This document shows positions 18,767-27,174 of a stretch of 64,000 nucleotides of DNA, piece after piece. Position numbers and translations under genes: made by a program. Below the pieces are notes generated by a model, which was not told where the DNA came from, did no database searches, and saw nothing but the letters and a program-made list of their open reading frames with translations. The stretch is from Nitrososphaerota archaeon. Its GTDB lineage: Archaea; Thermoproteota; Nitrososphaeria; PSMU01. How positions within the stretch are numbered: the stretch's first letter is position 1; the number at the start of each line of letters is the position of its first letter. The stretch lies in assembly GCA_040290255.1 (NCBI GenBank), contig PSMU01000003.1, positions 32,001 through 96,000 on the forward strand, in the 5' to 3' direction.

Positions 18767-20218
18767 CTACTTCGAGCGCCCACTAAAAAGGCTGTTAGCG
18801 GCTCTTCTTTCCCCAAGGGAAGGCGGCGAAGCGGCCTGCCTCTGCCACGAAACCGCCGCCGCGGCAAAGTTCAGCAGCGCTGAGGCTAAGAGGGCGGTCC
18901 GTAGGCCGGAAAGAAAGCCCAGCAGCCCTTCTGGGTCGAGCTCCTTGCCGCCCCCGACGATGCCCACCAGCTCGCTATAGGGCACCGCCGTGGTCATCAC
19001 GGCCAGCGAGAAGGGTATGCTGAGCGATGTGCTGGAGTTTATCACGGTGCTCCTTATGCCGGCGGCCGCACCCCTTTCCCAGCTGGGCACCGCGCCCATG
19101 GCCGAGCTAGCGTTAGGGCTCCTGAAGAGGCCGATGCCGAGGCCCGCCAGCGCGAGGAGGGCAAGGATGCGGGGATACGGCGTGGCCTGATCTAGGCGTG
19201 AGAGGAGGAGCAGTGAAGCGCCGGTGATCACGAGGCCGGCCGTGCTCAGGCCCCTGGCTCCATAGCGGTCCGAGAGCCAGCCGCTGATGGGCCCCACGCC
19301 TATGAGCGTCAGGTCAAGCGGTATCAGCGCGAGGCCCGCCTGAAGGGGGGTCTGGCCCCTCACCAGCTGCAGGTAGAGCGCCATCACGAAGGCCAGCGAG
19401 GCGAACGAGATGCCGTTCAGGAGGTTGGCCAGCACGGCCACGCCGAAGGCCCTTATCCTGAAGAGGCCCAGGTCCACCGCGGGCATTCTGTTTCTCCCCT
19501 CCAGAAGGACAAAGAGCGCGAAGAGGGCCAGGCTGGCGAGCAGCAGCAGAAGCACTTGGGGCGAAGCGATATCGCCGAGCGTGAGGGCGACGAGGGCCAG
19601 GGTCAGTGCGGAGCTGAAGGTCAAGGCGCCGGCATAGTCGAAGGCACCGGCGGGCGAAGTGGGGGCCAGCTCCCTCAGCCTTATGCGGGCCCACGCCGCT
19701 CCAAGAAGGCCTATGGGCACGTTTATCCAGAAGATGGACCTCCAGCCGTAAAGGCTAATGAGCGCGCCGCTCAGCGTATAGCCCACCACGGTGCCGGCGT
19801 TGATCGCAACCTGATTGATGCCTATGCCGGTGCCCAGCCCCCTGCCCGCGAAGGCATCCGTGACGATGGCCATGGAGTTCACGAAGAGGAGGGAGGCTCC
19901 GATGCCCTGCAGAAGCCTGAAGGCCAGCAGCTGGTAGATGCTGGATGAAAGGGCGCAGAGCAACGAGCTGAGGCCGAAGATTATGTAGCCCAGGCTGTAC
20001 AGCTTAACCCTGCCGTACATATCTGAGAGCCTGCCGAGCGGCGCCAGCAGGGCCGTGAGCGCCAGCCTATAGATGGTGATCACCCAGCTGCCCAGGGCCA
20101 AATCCGCGTGCAGGGCCTCCAGCACGGTGGGGAGGCCGACGACGACCACGCTCGCATCTAGGGACGACATGAAGATGCCGACGGTGGTGACCGTCAGGAC
20201 CTGCCAGCGGTACTCCAA
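18767..20218 (-). CDS. MFS DHA2 (EmrB/QacA-like) 14-TM efflux transporter
   Basis: FMSSLDASVVVVGLP, GRLSDMYGR, RLLQGIG, WRSIFWINVP and GWLSDRYG; likely TTG start at 20218. Confidence 0.9.
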   Translation of the reverse strand: MEYRWQVLTVTTVGIFMSSLDASVVVVGLPTVLEALHADLALGSWVITIYRLALTALLAPLGRLSDMYGRVKLYSLGYIIFGLSSLLCALSSSIYQLLAFRLLQGIGASLLFVNSMAIVTDAFAGRGLGTGIGINQVAINAGTVVGYTLSGALISLYGWRSIFWINVPIGLLGAAWARIRLRELAPTSPAGAFDYAGALTFSSALTLALVALTLGDIASPQVLLLLLASLALFALFVLLEGRNRMPAVDLGLFRIRAFGVAVLANLLNGISFASLAFVMALYLQLVRGQTPLQAGLALIPLDLTLIGVGPISGWLSDRYGARGLSTAGLVITGASLLLLSRLDQATPYPRILALLALAGLGIGLFRSPNASSAMGAVPSWERGAAAGIRSTVINSSTSLSIPFSLAVMTTAVPYSELVGIVGGGKELDPEGLLGFLSGLRTALLASALLNFAAAAVSWQRQAASPPSLGERRAANSLFSGRSK

Positions 20219-20303
20219 CCGGCCGGGCCGGCGGCCGCTCGTCCCTTTTAGGCTTAGCGGCCCTCCAGAACCGCTTAAATAGGGGCCCCGCCGATGAGGG
20301 AAG

Positions 20304-20564
20304 TTGGAAGGGGAGAGGCTGACCAAGAAGGGCAAGGCGATGCAGGCGGAGTCGGGCGAGATCGTGCTCGTGAATGACAAGCGCGTCGCCTATGCGGTGA
20401 ACGAGATAGTGATGATCATATGGGACCTCTTCGATAACAGCACCATCGAGGAGGTGGTCGAGAAGGTGGCCGATATCACCAAGAAGGAGCCCGCCGAGAT
20501 AAGGGAGCCGATTAAGAAGCTGGCCGCTCAGCTGATCGAAGCGGAGCTGCTCGGCCCCACCTGA
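20304..20564 (+). CDS. PqqD-family / RiPP-recognition-element-like small protein
   Basis: 86 aa with three N-terminal strands, then VN..(x)..IWDLFD..TIEEVV..I...L..L...LL helices. Has its own TATA (CTTAAATA ~20274-20281). Confidence 0.7.
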   Translation: MEGERLTKKGKAMQAESGEIVLVNDKRVAYAVNEIVMIIWDLFDNSTIEEVVEKVADITKKEPAEIREPIKKLAAQLIEAELLGPT

Positions 20565-20678
20565 GCGACGGCAAGCGGCCCGGAATTTTTAGCGAGCAGG
20601 CCTAGGGGGGCTCATAGATTAACGACCCGTGCCCTTGGCTGGGTCAGAGAGAAGCAATAAAGGAGAAGCTGTCCGGGG

Positions 20679-21623
20679 ATGAGCATGGACAGAAATTCAG
20701 GGGCCTCGAGCAGGGCAGGGGGCCTGCATCTGGGCTTTGTAGCTTCTCTCGCTGCGCTTATCGCGGTGCTCGCCCTGACCGCTTACCTGCTGTTGCTGCA
20801 GCTGATCCCGCCGGGCCTCTACAGCAGGGCCTTCCTGGGCATCGCCGCCTTGGCCTCGGGCCTGCTAGCCACGAGGGCGCTGTCGAGCTACATCGCCTCC
20901 CTTTCGCCCAAGCTCGGGAAGGCCTCCATGACGGTGGCCAACGTCACGAGGATCGTGGGCTATACGCTCTCGGGGCTGGCGGCGCTCTCGCTCTTCGTGG
21001 AGGCGGGAATAGGCGCGCTGGCGGGCGGCACCTTCGCGGGGCTCGTCGTGGGCCTGGCCTCCCAGCAGACGCTGGGAAACTTCTTCGCCGGGCTTTACAT
21101 ATTGCTGACCCGCTTCGTGGAGCCGGGCAAGGAGATAAGGCTGCTAACCCCCCAAGTTCCCTTTCAGCCCGTCCTCTTCCCCGCCTACAAGCACTTCTCA
21201 GCGGACTTCCTGCTTACAGGCATAACCGGCACCGTGCGCGAGGTGGGCCTCTTCTACACGGTCATGATGACTGAGACCGGACTCCTGCTCAAGCTTCCCA
21301 ACAGCCTGGTGCTCTCGTCCGCCGTGGTGGATGTGGAGGGGGGCAGGGGAGGGACCTATACGGTGAGGTACGAGTTTAGCGAGGAGCTCGACCCGGATAT
21401 CGTGCTGGCCAAGGCCAAGGAGGCCCTGGCGGACCTGCGCCATGTGAAGGACGTGCATATCAACGAGCAGAGCGACAAGGCCTATTACATCCTAAGGATC
21501 GGCTTTTCCTGCGACGAGCATGAGGACTGGAGGCAGATTAAATCGGAGATCTTGAGGAGAATGATAAAGCTAAAGGCGGGGCTCATGTCCAGGGCCCCTG
21601 GGGCGGCCAGTAATAAGGCCTAG
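20679..21623 (+). CDS. mscS: Small-conductance mechanosensitive channel
   Basis: GLVVGLASQQTLGNFFAG, GTVREVGLFYT and LPNS motifs. Confidence 0.88.
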   Translation: MSMDRNSGASSRAGGLHLGFVASLAALIAVLALTAYLLLLQLIPPGLYSRAFLGIAALASGLLATRALSSYIASLSPKLGKASMTVANVTRIVGYTLSGLAALSLFVEAGIGALAGGTFAGLVVGLASQQTLGNFFAGLYILLTRFVEPGKEIRLLTPQVPFQPVLFPAYKHFSADFLLTGITGTVREVGLFYTVMMTETGLLLKLPNSLVLSSAVVDVEGGRGGTYTVRYEFSEELDPDIVLAKAKEALADLRHVKDVHINEQSDKAYYILRIGFSCDEHEDWRQIKSEILRRMIKLKAGLMSRAPGAASNKA

Positions 21624-22215
21624 GCCGTGCAGCATGTAGGTCGCGACTATCACGCCGTCCACGTCTATGCCCATGAGCCTTGCCGCGGCCCTGTTATCAC
21701 CCACATAATATACATGGGAAAAGAAGCGAGCCTGATTAAGAAGCAGCCAGAGAACTAAGGCCGCTGCCGTCGCCCAGATGGCCTGAGCAGGCAAGAAGCC
21801 CAGTCTGCCCACTAGGGCTTGAAAGACCGCCACGCCTTATACTGGCCAAGGGCGATGCCGAAGCCCTGGCTGAGGACGTTAACGAGCCCTTGAAGCAAGA
21901 ATAGGGAACCCAGCGTGGCTATAAAGGAGGAAAGGCGGCCCTTGGTCACTACCAAGCCGTTCGCCAAGCCACATAGGGAGGCTACCAGTAGTCCGAGCAC
22001 CAAGCCAGGAGGCGTAGGTCCGAACCTCCGCCAGGTCACGGCCAGAACTTATGCCGCAAGCGACATAACCGATGGAAAGGACAGGGCTATCTCGCCCATG
22101 ATGATAATGAGCGTCTGCGTCAAGGCTACCAGAGTAGTAGGGGGCATCGTAGAAAGGCAAATGGATTGATGAATAGGAACGATGCCCAAGGCAGGAGAAA
22201 GATGGCCGCCCTATC
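21620..22215 (-). pseudogene. Decayed RbsC-type sugar ABC permease
   Basis: Fragments read ALTQTLIIIMGEIALS..AA*VL, GLANGLVVTKGRLSSFIATLG, then a frameshift near 21833, then HVYYVGDNRAAARLMGIDV. In-frame TAA at 22049-22051; C-terminus missing. Confidence 0.82.
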
Positions 22216-22361
22216 CCCTGCCCTGAACCTGCACACCTGGACCGCCTTCTGCGCAAGGCCCTAGCCGGCCGCGTAAAGGTCTTGCCCAACGTAACCGTTT
22301 CTGCGGGCGAACTATGAGAAGAATGGCCCGCTTGAGCCGAGAGAGCCGCGTATTTTTTGCC

Positions 22362-23468
22362 TCAGCGTATCGTAGACTTCTTGAGCGTGACCCTTTGCAG
22401 CATATCCTGCTTGACGTCGACCCCTATGCCAGGCCTCTGCGGCACGTCCATCGTGCCGTCGGGCTTAAGGGTAAAGGGGGGCTCCACGATGTCCTCCGCA
22501 AAGTAGCGGTCGCTCGCGGAAAGGTCCCCGGGGAGCTTGAAGTTCTCCAGGCTGGCCAGCGCTATGTTATGGGCCCGGCCTATGCCCGTCTCCAGCATGC
22601 CCCCTATCCAGACGGGCACGCTATGCGCCTTACAGAGGTCATGCAGCCGCTTCGAGGCCAGGTGTCCCCCTACCCTGCCCGGCTTGATGTTCACGACCCT
22701 GCAGCTCCCGAGCCTCAGGGCAGCCCTGGCCGCGCCCAGCGAGTCGATGCTCTCATCCAGGCAGATAGGCGTCTTCAGCAGGCCCTGTAGCTCGGCGTGC
22801 GCGACCAGCTCATCGGGGCCCAGGGGCTGCTCTATCATAAGCAGGCTGAAGTCATCCAGGGCCCTCAGCAGCTCAAAGTGCGCCTCCGAATAGGCAGCGT
22901 TTGCGTCGACGGACAGAAGCATGTCGGGGTACGCGCGGCGCAGCTCCCTGACCACCTCCACATCATAGCCGGGCTTTATCTTGACCTTTATTCGCCTGTA
23001 GCCCTTCTCTAAGTAGCGCCCCACCAGGCTAACTAGCTGCGCGGTGCTCGGCTGTATGCCTACGCTCACGCCGCACTCGATGCTCCTCCTGACCCCGCCC
23101 AGCAGCCCGCTCAGAGGCACCCCCTCCTGCTTTGCAAAGGCATCCCACATGGCCATCTCGAGGCAGGCCTTGGCCATGTTGTGGCCCCTTATCCTAGAAA
23201 AGAGCCCGCTCACCTGCGCCGGGTCAGAGACCTCCCTTCCCAAGAGGCTGGGGGCGAGGTACTCCTCGATGACGTGCCAGGCGGTGGCCAGCGTTTCAGC
23301 GGAGTACCAGGGCCCCTCGCCGGCCACGCATTCGCCCCAGGCCTCTATGCCGTCGCAGAGGAGCCTGACGATGAGCGAGGTCTTCTGCTCCTCCCTGCCA
23401 AAGCTCGTCTCGAAGGGAGCGACGAGCGGGAGCCTGATGAGGCGCAGCTCCACCGCCCTAACTATCAT
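22362..23468 (-). CDS. menC: o-succinylbenzoate synthase / N-succinylamino acid racemase (OSBS/NSAR, enolase superfamily)
   Basis: PFETSFG, RIKVKI, VDAN, IEQP, CLDES, NIKPGRVGG and GGMLETGIGRA motifs. Confidence 0.9.
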   Translation of the reverse strand: MIVRAVELRLIRLPLVAPFETSFGREEQKTSLIVRLLCDGIEAWGECVAGEGPWYSAETLATAWHVIEEYLAPSLLGREVSDPAQVSGLFSRIRGHNMAKACLEMAMWDAFAKQEGVPLSGLLGGVRRSIECGVSVGIQPSTAQLVSLVGRYLEKGYRRIKVKIKPGYDVEVVRELRRAYPDMLLSVDANAAYSEAHFELLRALDDFSLLMIEQPLGPDELVAHAELQGLLKTPICLDESIDSLGAARAALRLGSCRVVNIKPGRVGGHLASKRLHDLCKAHSVPVWIGGMLETGIGRAHNIALASLENFKLPGDLSASDRYFAEDIVEPPFTLKPDGTMDVPQRPGIGVDVKQDMLQRVTLKKSTIR

Positions 23469-23469
23469 G

Positions 23470-24297
23470 TCATCCCCTCTCTAGCAGATAATAATTCCTC
23501 CTCGTTGCACCTGCCCTTTCCGAGAGCAGGTCCGTCGCTATGTAGCCCTTGGCGAAGTAGTGTTCGAAGATCTCCCTTGTGGCGCGCCTCCACTCCCGCG
23601 CCGCCTCGAGGCTCTGCTCCTTGAGCGCGTTGATGTTATCCGGTATCTCGATGAGCAGCGCCGGTGCCTCTACATCCAGGCCATACGAAATGATGGCCCT
23701 CATGCCAGACCTGAGGGGCCTTGTCTTGGTCACCAGCTTAGCCCCCTGGCTCATGAGCTCCGCGAGCGTGCTCGCCGCCCTCCTGCCGCTTATTGAGGCT
23801 TCGACCCTCTCGCTCCTTATCCACCATTCTGCCAAGAACCTATCGCTCTCCAGCCCCGCGTTGAGCCTATCCTCCATCAGGCCATAATAGTTCCTATAAT
23901 AGGTCCTGCAGACGGCGCCCAGCTTATGAAGGTTAAAGTAGGCATTGGCCCCCTGGAGGGGATCAAACGTCCAGAGCACTAGGTCGAGCCCCTGGGAGAG
24001 CGCGAACTCCCTCTGCGCCAGCTTTAGCTGGAAGCCTATGTCCCTGTACCGAGCCTCCTCGAGGACCCCGCAGATATGAGAGTAGTGAATCAGCTTGCCC
24101 TCCCTCCTCCCCAAGAAGCCCACCAGCATGCCCACCATCTTCTCCTGCTCGTCATAGGCGCCCAGCACAAGCCCGCCGTTATCCTGAATGGCCCTGAGCA
24201 GCGTAGCCGGTATGGGCTCCGAGCCCCAGATGCTCCTCTGCACGGCCTCGCATTCCTTGAGCTGCTCGACGGAGGAGAGCCTCTCGATCCTGACCAC
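23470..24297 (-). CDS. GNAT acyl(succinyl)transferase of the NSAR-associated family
   Basis: HYSHICGV, IGFQLKLAQR, WTFDPL, NAYFNLHKLG and SDR motifs; likely GTG start at 24297; directly upstream of the NSAR gene. Confidence 0.85.
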   Translation of the reverse strand: MVRIERLSSVEQLKECEAVQRSIWGSEPIPATLLRAIQDNGGLVLGAYDEQEKMVGMLVGFLGRREGKLIHYSHICGVLEEARYRDIGFQLKLAQREFALSQGLDLVLWTFDPLQGANAYFNLHKLGAVCRTYYRNYYGLMEDRLNAGLESDRFLAEWWIRSERVEASISGRRAASTLAELMSQGAKLVTKTRPLRSGMRAIISYGLDVEAPALLIEIPDNINALKEQSLEAAREWRRATREIFEHYFAKGYIATDLLSERAGATRRNYYLLERG

Positions 24298-24403
24298 GCG
24301 GAGGGTGGGCCCCCGACATAAAAATCGTTTAGCCGAGGGCGCCATGCCTTTATAGGCGAGCGCGCGGATAACAGGGCGTGGGGTCGCCGACCAGGCTCGC
24401 CTC

Positions 24404-25366
24404 ATGCTCGCGGCCCGAGGCCTGGGGGCCCCCGGGCCCGTACCGATGAGCGCCGACCATGGCCAGATCGCCGCAGGCTACAGGGAAGGCGAGAGGGTCG
24501 CCTGGCTTTCCATCTGGACGCTGGCCGGCATAGGACTCTTCGAGCTCATCGTGGCGCTGTACTCTAACAGCGTCGGGCTGCTGGCCGATGGGCTCGATTC
24601 CCTCGCCGATGCCGTAATTTCGCTCATAATCTGGTGGGGGCTTAGGCTCTCGAGGCGCAAGCCCGACCGGTACTTTCACTTCGGCTACCACAAGCTGGAG
24701 AGCCTCGGGGCCCTGCTCGCCAGCATGGGCATGGTCATCCTGGCCTCCTTCATCATCTATAGGGCCTGGGGTTACCTAGTGCATCCCCACGAGATAAGGT
24801 ATCCCCTGCTGGCCCTGGGCGCTCTTCTCTTGGCTGGCCTAATGAGCCTGCAGAGGGCTCTTAAGATGAACCGCGTGGCCAAGGCCTATGGGCTCATTAG
24901 CCTTAGGACGGGGGCCTACAACTCGATCAAGGACGCCTCGGGCTCCTTTGTGGTCTTCGGGGGCGTCCTGGCCTCCGCCCTCGGCCTTGCCTGGATGGAC
25001 GCGGTCGCGGCCATGGTTCTGGCCGCCTACATCTACAGCGTATCCTACGTGGCCATAAAGGAGTCCAGCCTTATCCTCATAGACGCCTTTAATGCGCCCG
25101 AGGTGCTCGCCCAGGTGAGGGAGCTCGTGCAGGCGGTGGAGGGCGTCAGGGGCGTGGCGGAGATAAGGCTCCGGCACCTTGGCCCCTACATAACCGGGCG
25201 CATCGCCGTGGCCGTCGACCCTACCATGAGCGTGGCCGCCGCCCAGGGGATAGTGAGGGGGGTGGAGCATGTGCTGAGGCAGCGCCTGGGCCGCCTGAGA
25301 GACCTGGCCATATACGCGGTGCCGCTGGCGCAGCCTGACCCAGGTGGGCCGGCCGGCGATGAATAG
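24404..25366 (+). CDS. Cation diffusion facilitator (CDF) transporter
   Basis: SVGLLADGLDSLAD, FHFGYHKLESL and C-terminal ZT-dimer domain. Confidence 0.9.
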   Translation: MLAARGLGAPGPVPMSADHGQIAAGYREGERVAWLSIWTLAGIGLFELIVALYSNSVGLLADGLDSLADAVISLIIWWGLRLSRRKPDRYFHFGYHKLESLGALLASMGMVILASFIIYRAWGYLVHPHEIRYPLLALGALLLAGLMSLQRALKMNRVAKAYGLISLRTGAYNSIKDASGSFVVFGGVLASALGLAWMDAVAAMVLAAYIYSVSYVAIKESSLILIDAFNAPEVLAQVRELVQAVEGVRGVAEIRLRHLGPYITGRIAVAVDPTMSVAAAQGIVRGVEHVLRQRLGRLRDLAIYAVPLAQPDPGGPAGDE

Positions 25367-25430
25367 GCTCCTAAGGATGGGAGATATGCGCGGCGAGGTG
25401 GCGGGCGCTTCGCAGGCGCTCGGGTAGGGC

Positions 25431-25813
25431 ATGGGCGAGGAGCTTGAGCTGCTGAGCGACCTGGGCGTGCCCACGATAACCTTGCTGGGGATGGCCTAAT
25501 GTTCGCCAGGCTCAGGCTTCCCACCGTGGCCGCCCAGATCCTCGCGGGCATGCTCGTAGGCCCCTTCGGCCTGGGCTGGATCAGGAACACGGGCGTGATA
25601 GCGCAGATGGCCGGCCTGGGCGTGACGCTGCTGCTCTTCACGATAGGCGTGGAACTCGACCCGCTCGTGATGAGGAGGCTGCTGGGAAAGGTGCTGGCCC
25701 TCACCGCCGCCGAGATGGCCATCGCGCTGGCCCTGGGCCTAATAGAGGGCATGACCTTTTCCCTCCTGGGGCTCATGGTGCTGGGCAGGTCCTGGCCTGG
25801 TCGACACCGATGA
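25431..25813 (+). pseudogene. Truncated, frameshifted Kef/CPA2 cation:proton antiporter
   Basis: MGEELELLSDLG..GMA* followed by FARLRLPTVAAQILAGMLVGP..LGVTLLLFTIGVELD. Only ~120 codons of a family that is normally ~400 aa. Confidence 0.78.
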
Positions 25814-25890
25814 GGCTAGGGCGCGCGGGCTTGGCCAGGCCCGAGCATCCCCTGAGGCCGTTAAGGGACTGAGCGCTGGATCGGGAGGAC

Positions 25891-26541
25891 TTACTGCGAC
25901 CTAGAAAGATATGCCGCCACGTCGAAGGCGGCCAGGGCCCCGAGGATGGGGCCGAGCCAGTAGGCCCATTGCGATGAGAAGTTGGCGCTGGCCAGCGCAG
26001 GGCCAAAGGCCCTTGCGGGGTTCAGCGCCGCGCCCGTAAGAGGCCCCCCTGCTAGAATGGCGGCTGCGAGCGTCAGCCCTATGGCGAGACCTCCCATGGG
26101 CTCTGGGACCTTGCCTGCCACGGCGACCTGGTAGATGACCAGGGCCAAGAAGAAGGTGAGCACCGCTTCTATGAGGAAGGCCAACCCCGAGCTGCCCCCT
26201 ATCTTCGCGGTGGGCAACGTCAGGCCATAGTAGGTACTGCTCCACGGCGTTATTACGGCGTGAAGGAGCCCCGCGATGGAGGCGCCCGCCAGCTGCGCCA
26301 GGACATATCCCAGCGCCTCCCGCCCCGTAAGCCTCCTCAGGGCGTACATCGCCAGTGATATCGCGGGGTTTATGTGACAGCCCGATATGGCGCCCAGCGC
26401 ATAGGCCATCACCGCCAGGATAAAGCCATGGGCCAGGGCGACGACCACAAGCGAGCCTGAGACATCCACCGAGAGGCTGCCGATGAAGACGAGCGCGAAG
26501 GTGCCTATGAGCTCCGCCACGAGCCTGCGCTCAAGGCTCAT
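25891..26541 (-). CDS. Aquaporin (MIP family)
   Basis: AELIGTF, ISGCHINPA and ALNPARAFGP. Confidence 0.95.
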   Translation of the reverse strand: MSLERRLVAELIGTFALVFIGSLSVDVSGSLVVVALAHGFILAVMAYALGAISGCHINPAISLAMYALRRLTGREALGYVLAQLAGASIAGLLHAVITPWSSTYYGLTLPTAKIGGSSGLAFLIEAVLTFFLALVIYQVAVAGKVPEPMGGLAIGLTLAAAILAGGPLTGAALNPARAFGPALASANFSSQWAYWLGPILGALAAFDVAAYLSRSQ

Positions 26542-26659
26542 CCCGCCCGCCCTAAAGGGGCCTCTATTTAGCCTTCAAGTGCGGGACTATATGGACGTGC
26601 CGAGGGGGACCCGCCGGCTCCCGAACAAGAATAATTAAGGCGCCACGGGCCTGGGGCGC

Positions 26660-27154
26660 GTGGCCGCCCTGAAAAGGAAGAGGGCCCTGCCGAAGCGCTT
26701 CCTCTTACCTACACTTCTGCTCATTTTCCTCGCCGCCCTGATGGCCTACGCCGGGCTCAGGGGCACCCCCTCCTCAACCTCGATAAACGGCATACTCTGT
26801 GAGGAGGTGCACTCGCTGCCCTTGGCCTATCATTGGCACACGAGGCTGTTGCTCTACAACGCGGGCCAGCCCGTCTTAATTCCCGCCAACATAGGCGTGC
26901 GGCCCAATTGCATGTACTGGCTGCACACGCATGATGCCACGGGCCTGATACACATCGAGCCCACGCAGAACCGCCTCTTCACGCTGAGCGATTTCCTCGG
27001 GATCTGGGGCGTCAACATAACCGCCACCTCCTTCTTCGGCAAGCCCGTGCTCAAGCCGCTCAACATAACCGTGGACGGGCAGCCCTACCGGGGCGATCCC
27101 GGCGCCATTGAGCTCAGGGACAACAGGACCATTGTCATCTCCTCTGACCCTTAG
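26660..27154 (+). CDS. Membrane-anchored His/Cys-motif hypothetical protein
   Basis: N-terminal TM helix; HWH..IP.NIG..C.YWLHTHD.TGLIHIE pattern; TATA-like AATTAA upstream. Confidence 0.65.
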   Translation: MAALKRKRALPKRFLLPTLLLIFLAALMAYAGLRGTPSSTSINGILCEEVHSLPLAYHWHTRLLLYNAGQPVLIPANIGVRPNCMYWLHTHDATGLIHIEPTQNRLFTLSDFLGIWGVNITATSFFGKPVLKPLNITVDGQPYRGDPGAIELRDNRTIVISSDP

Positions 27155-27174
27155 CCCTTGGGCACCTCGGGGGG

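Noticed and set aside
22049-22051. In-frame stop as a sign of recoding (Sec/Pyl/alternative code)
   Set aside because: It is a TAA in a gene that also has frameshifts and truncation. All three stop codons terminate intact genes normally elsewhere in the window.
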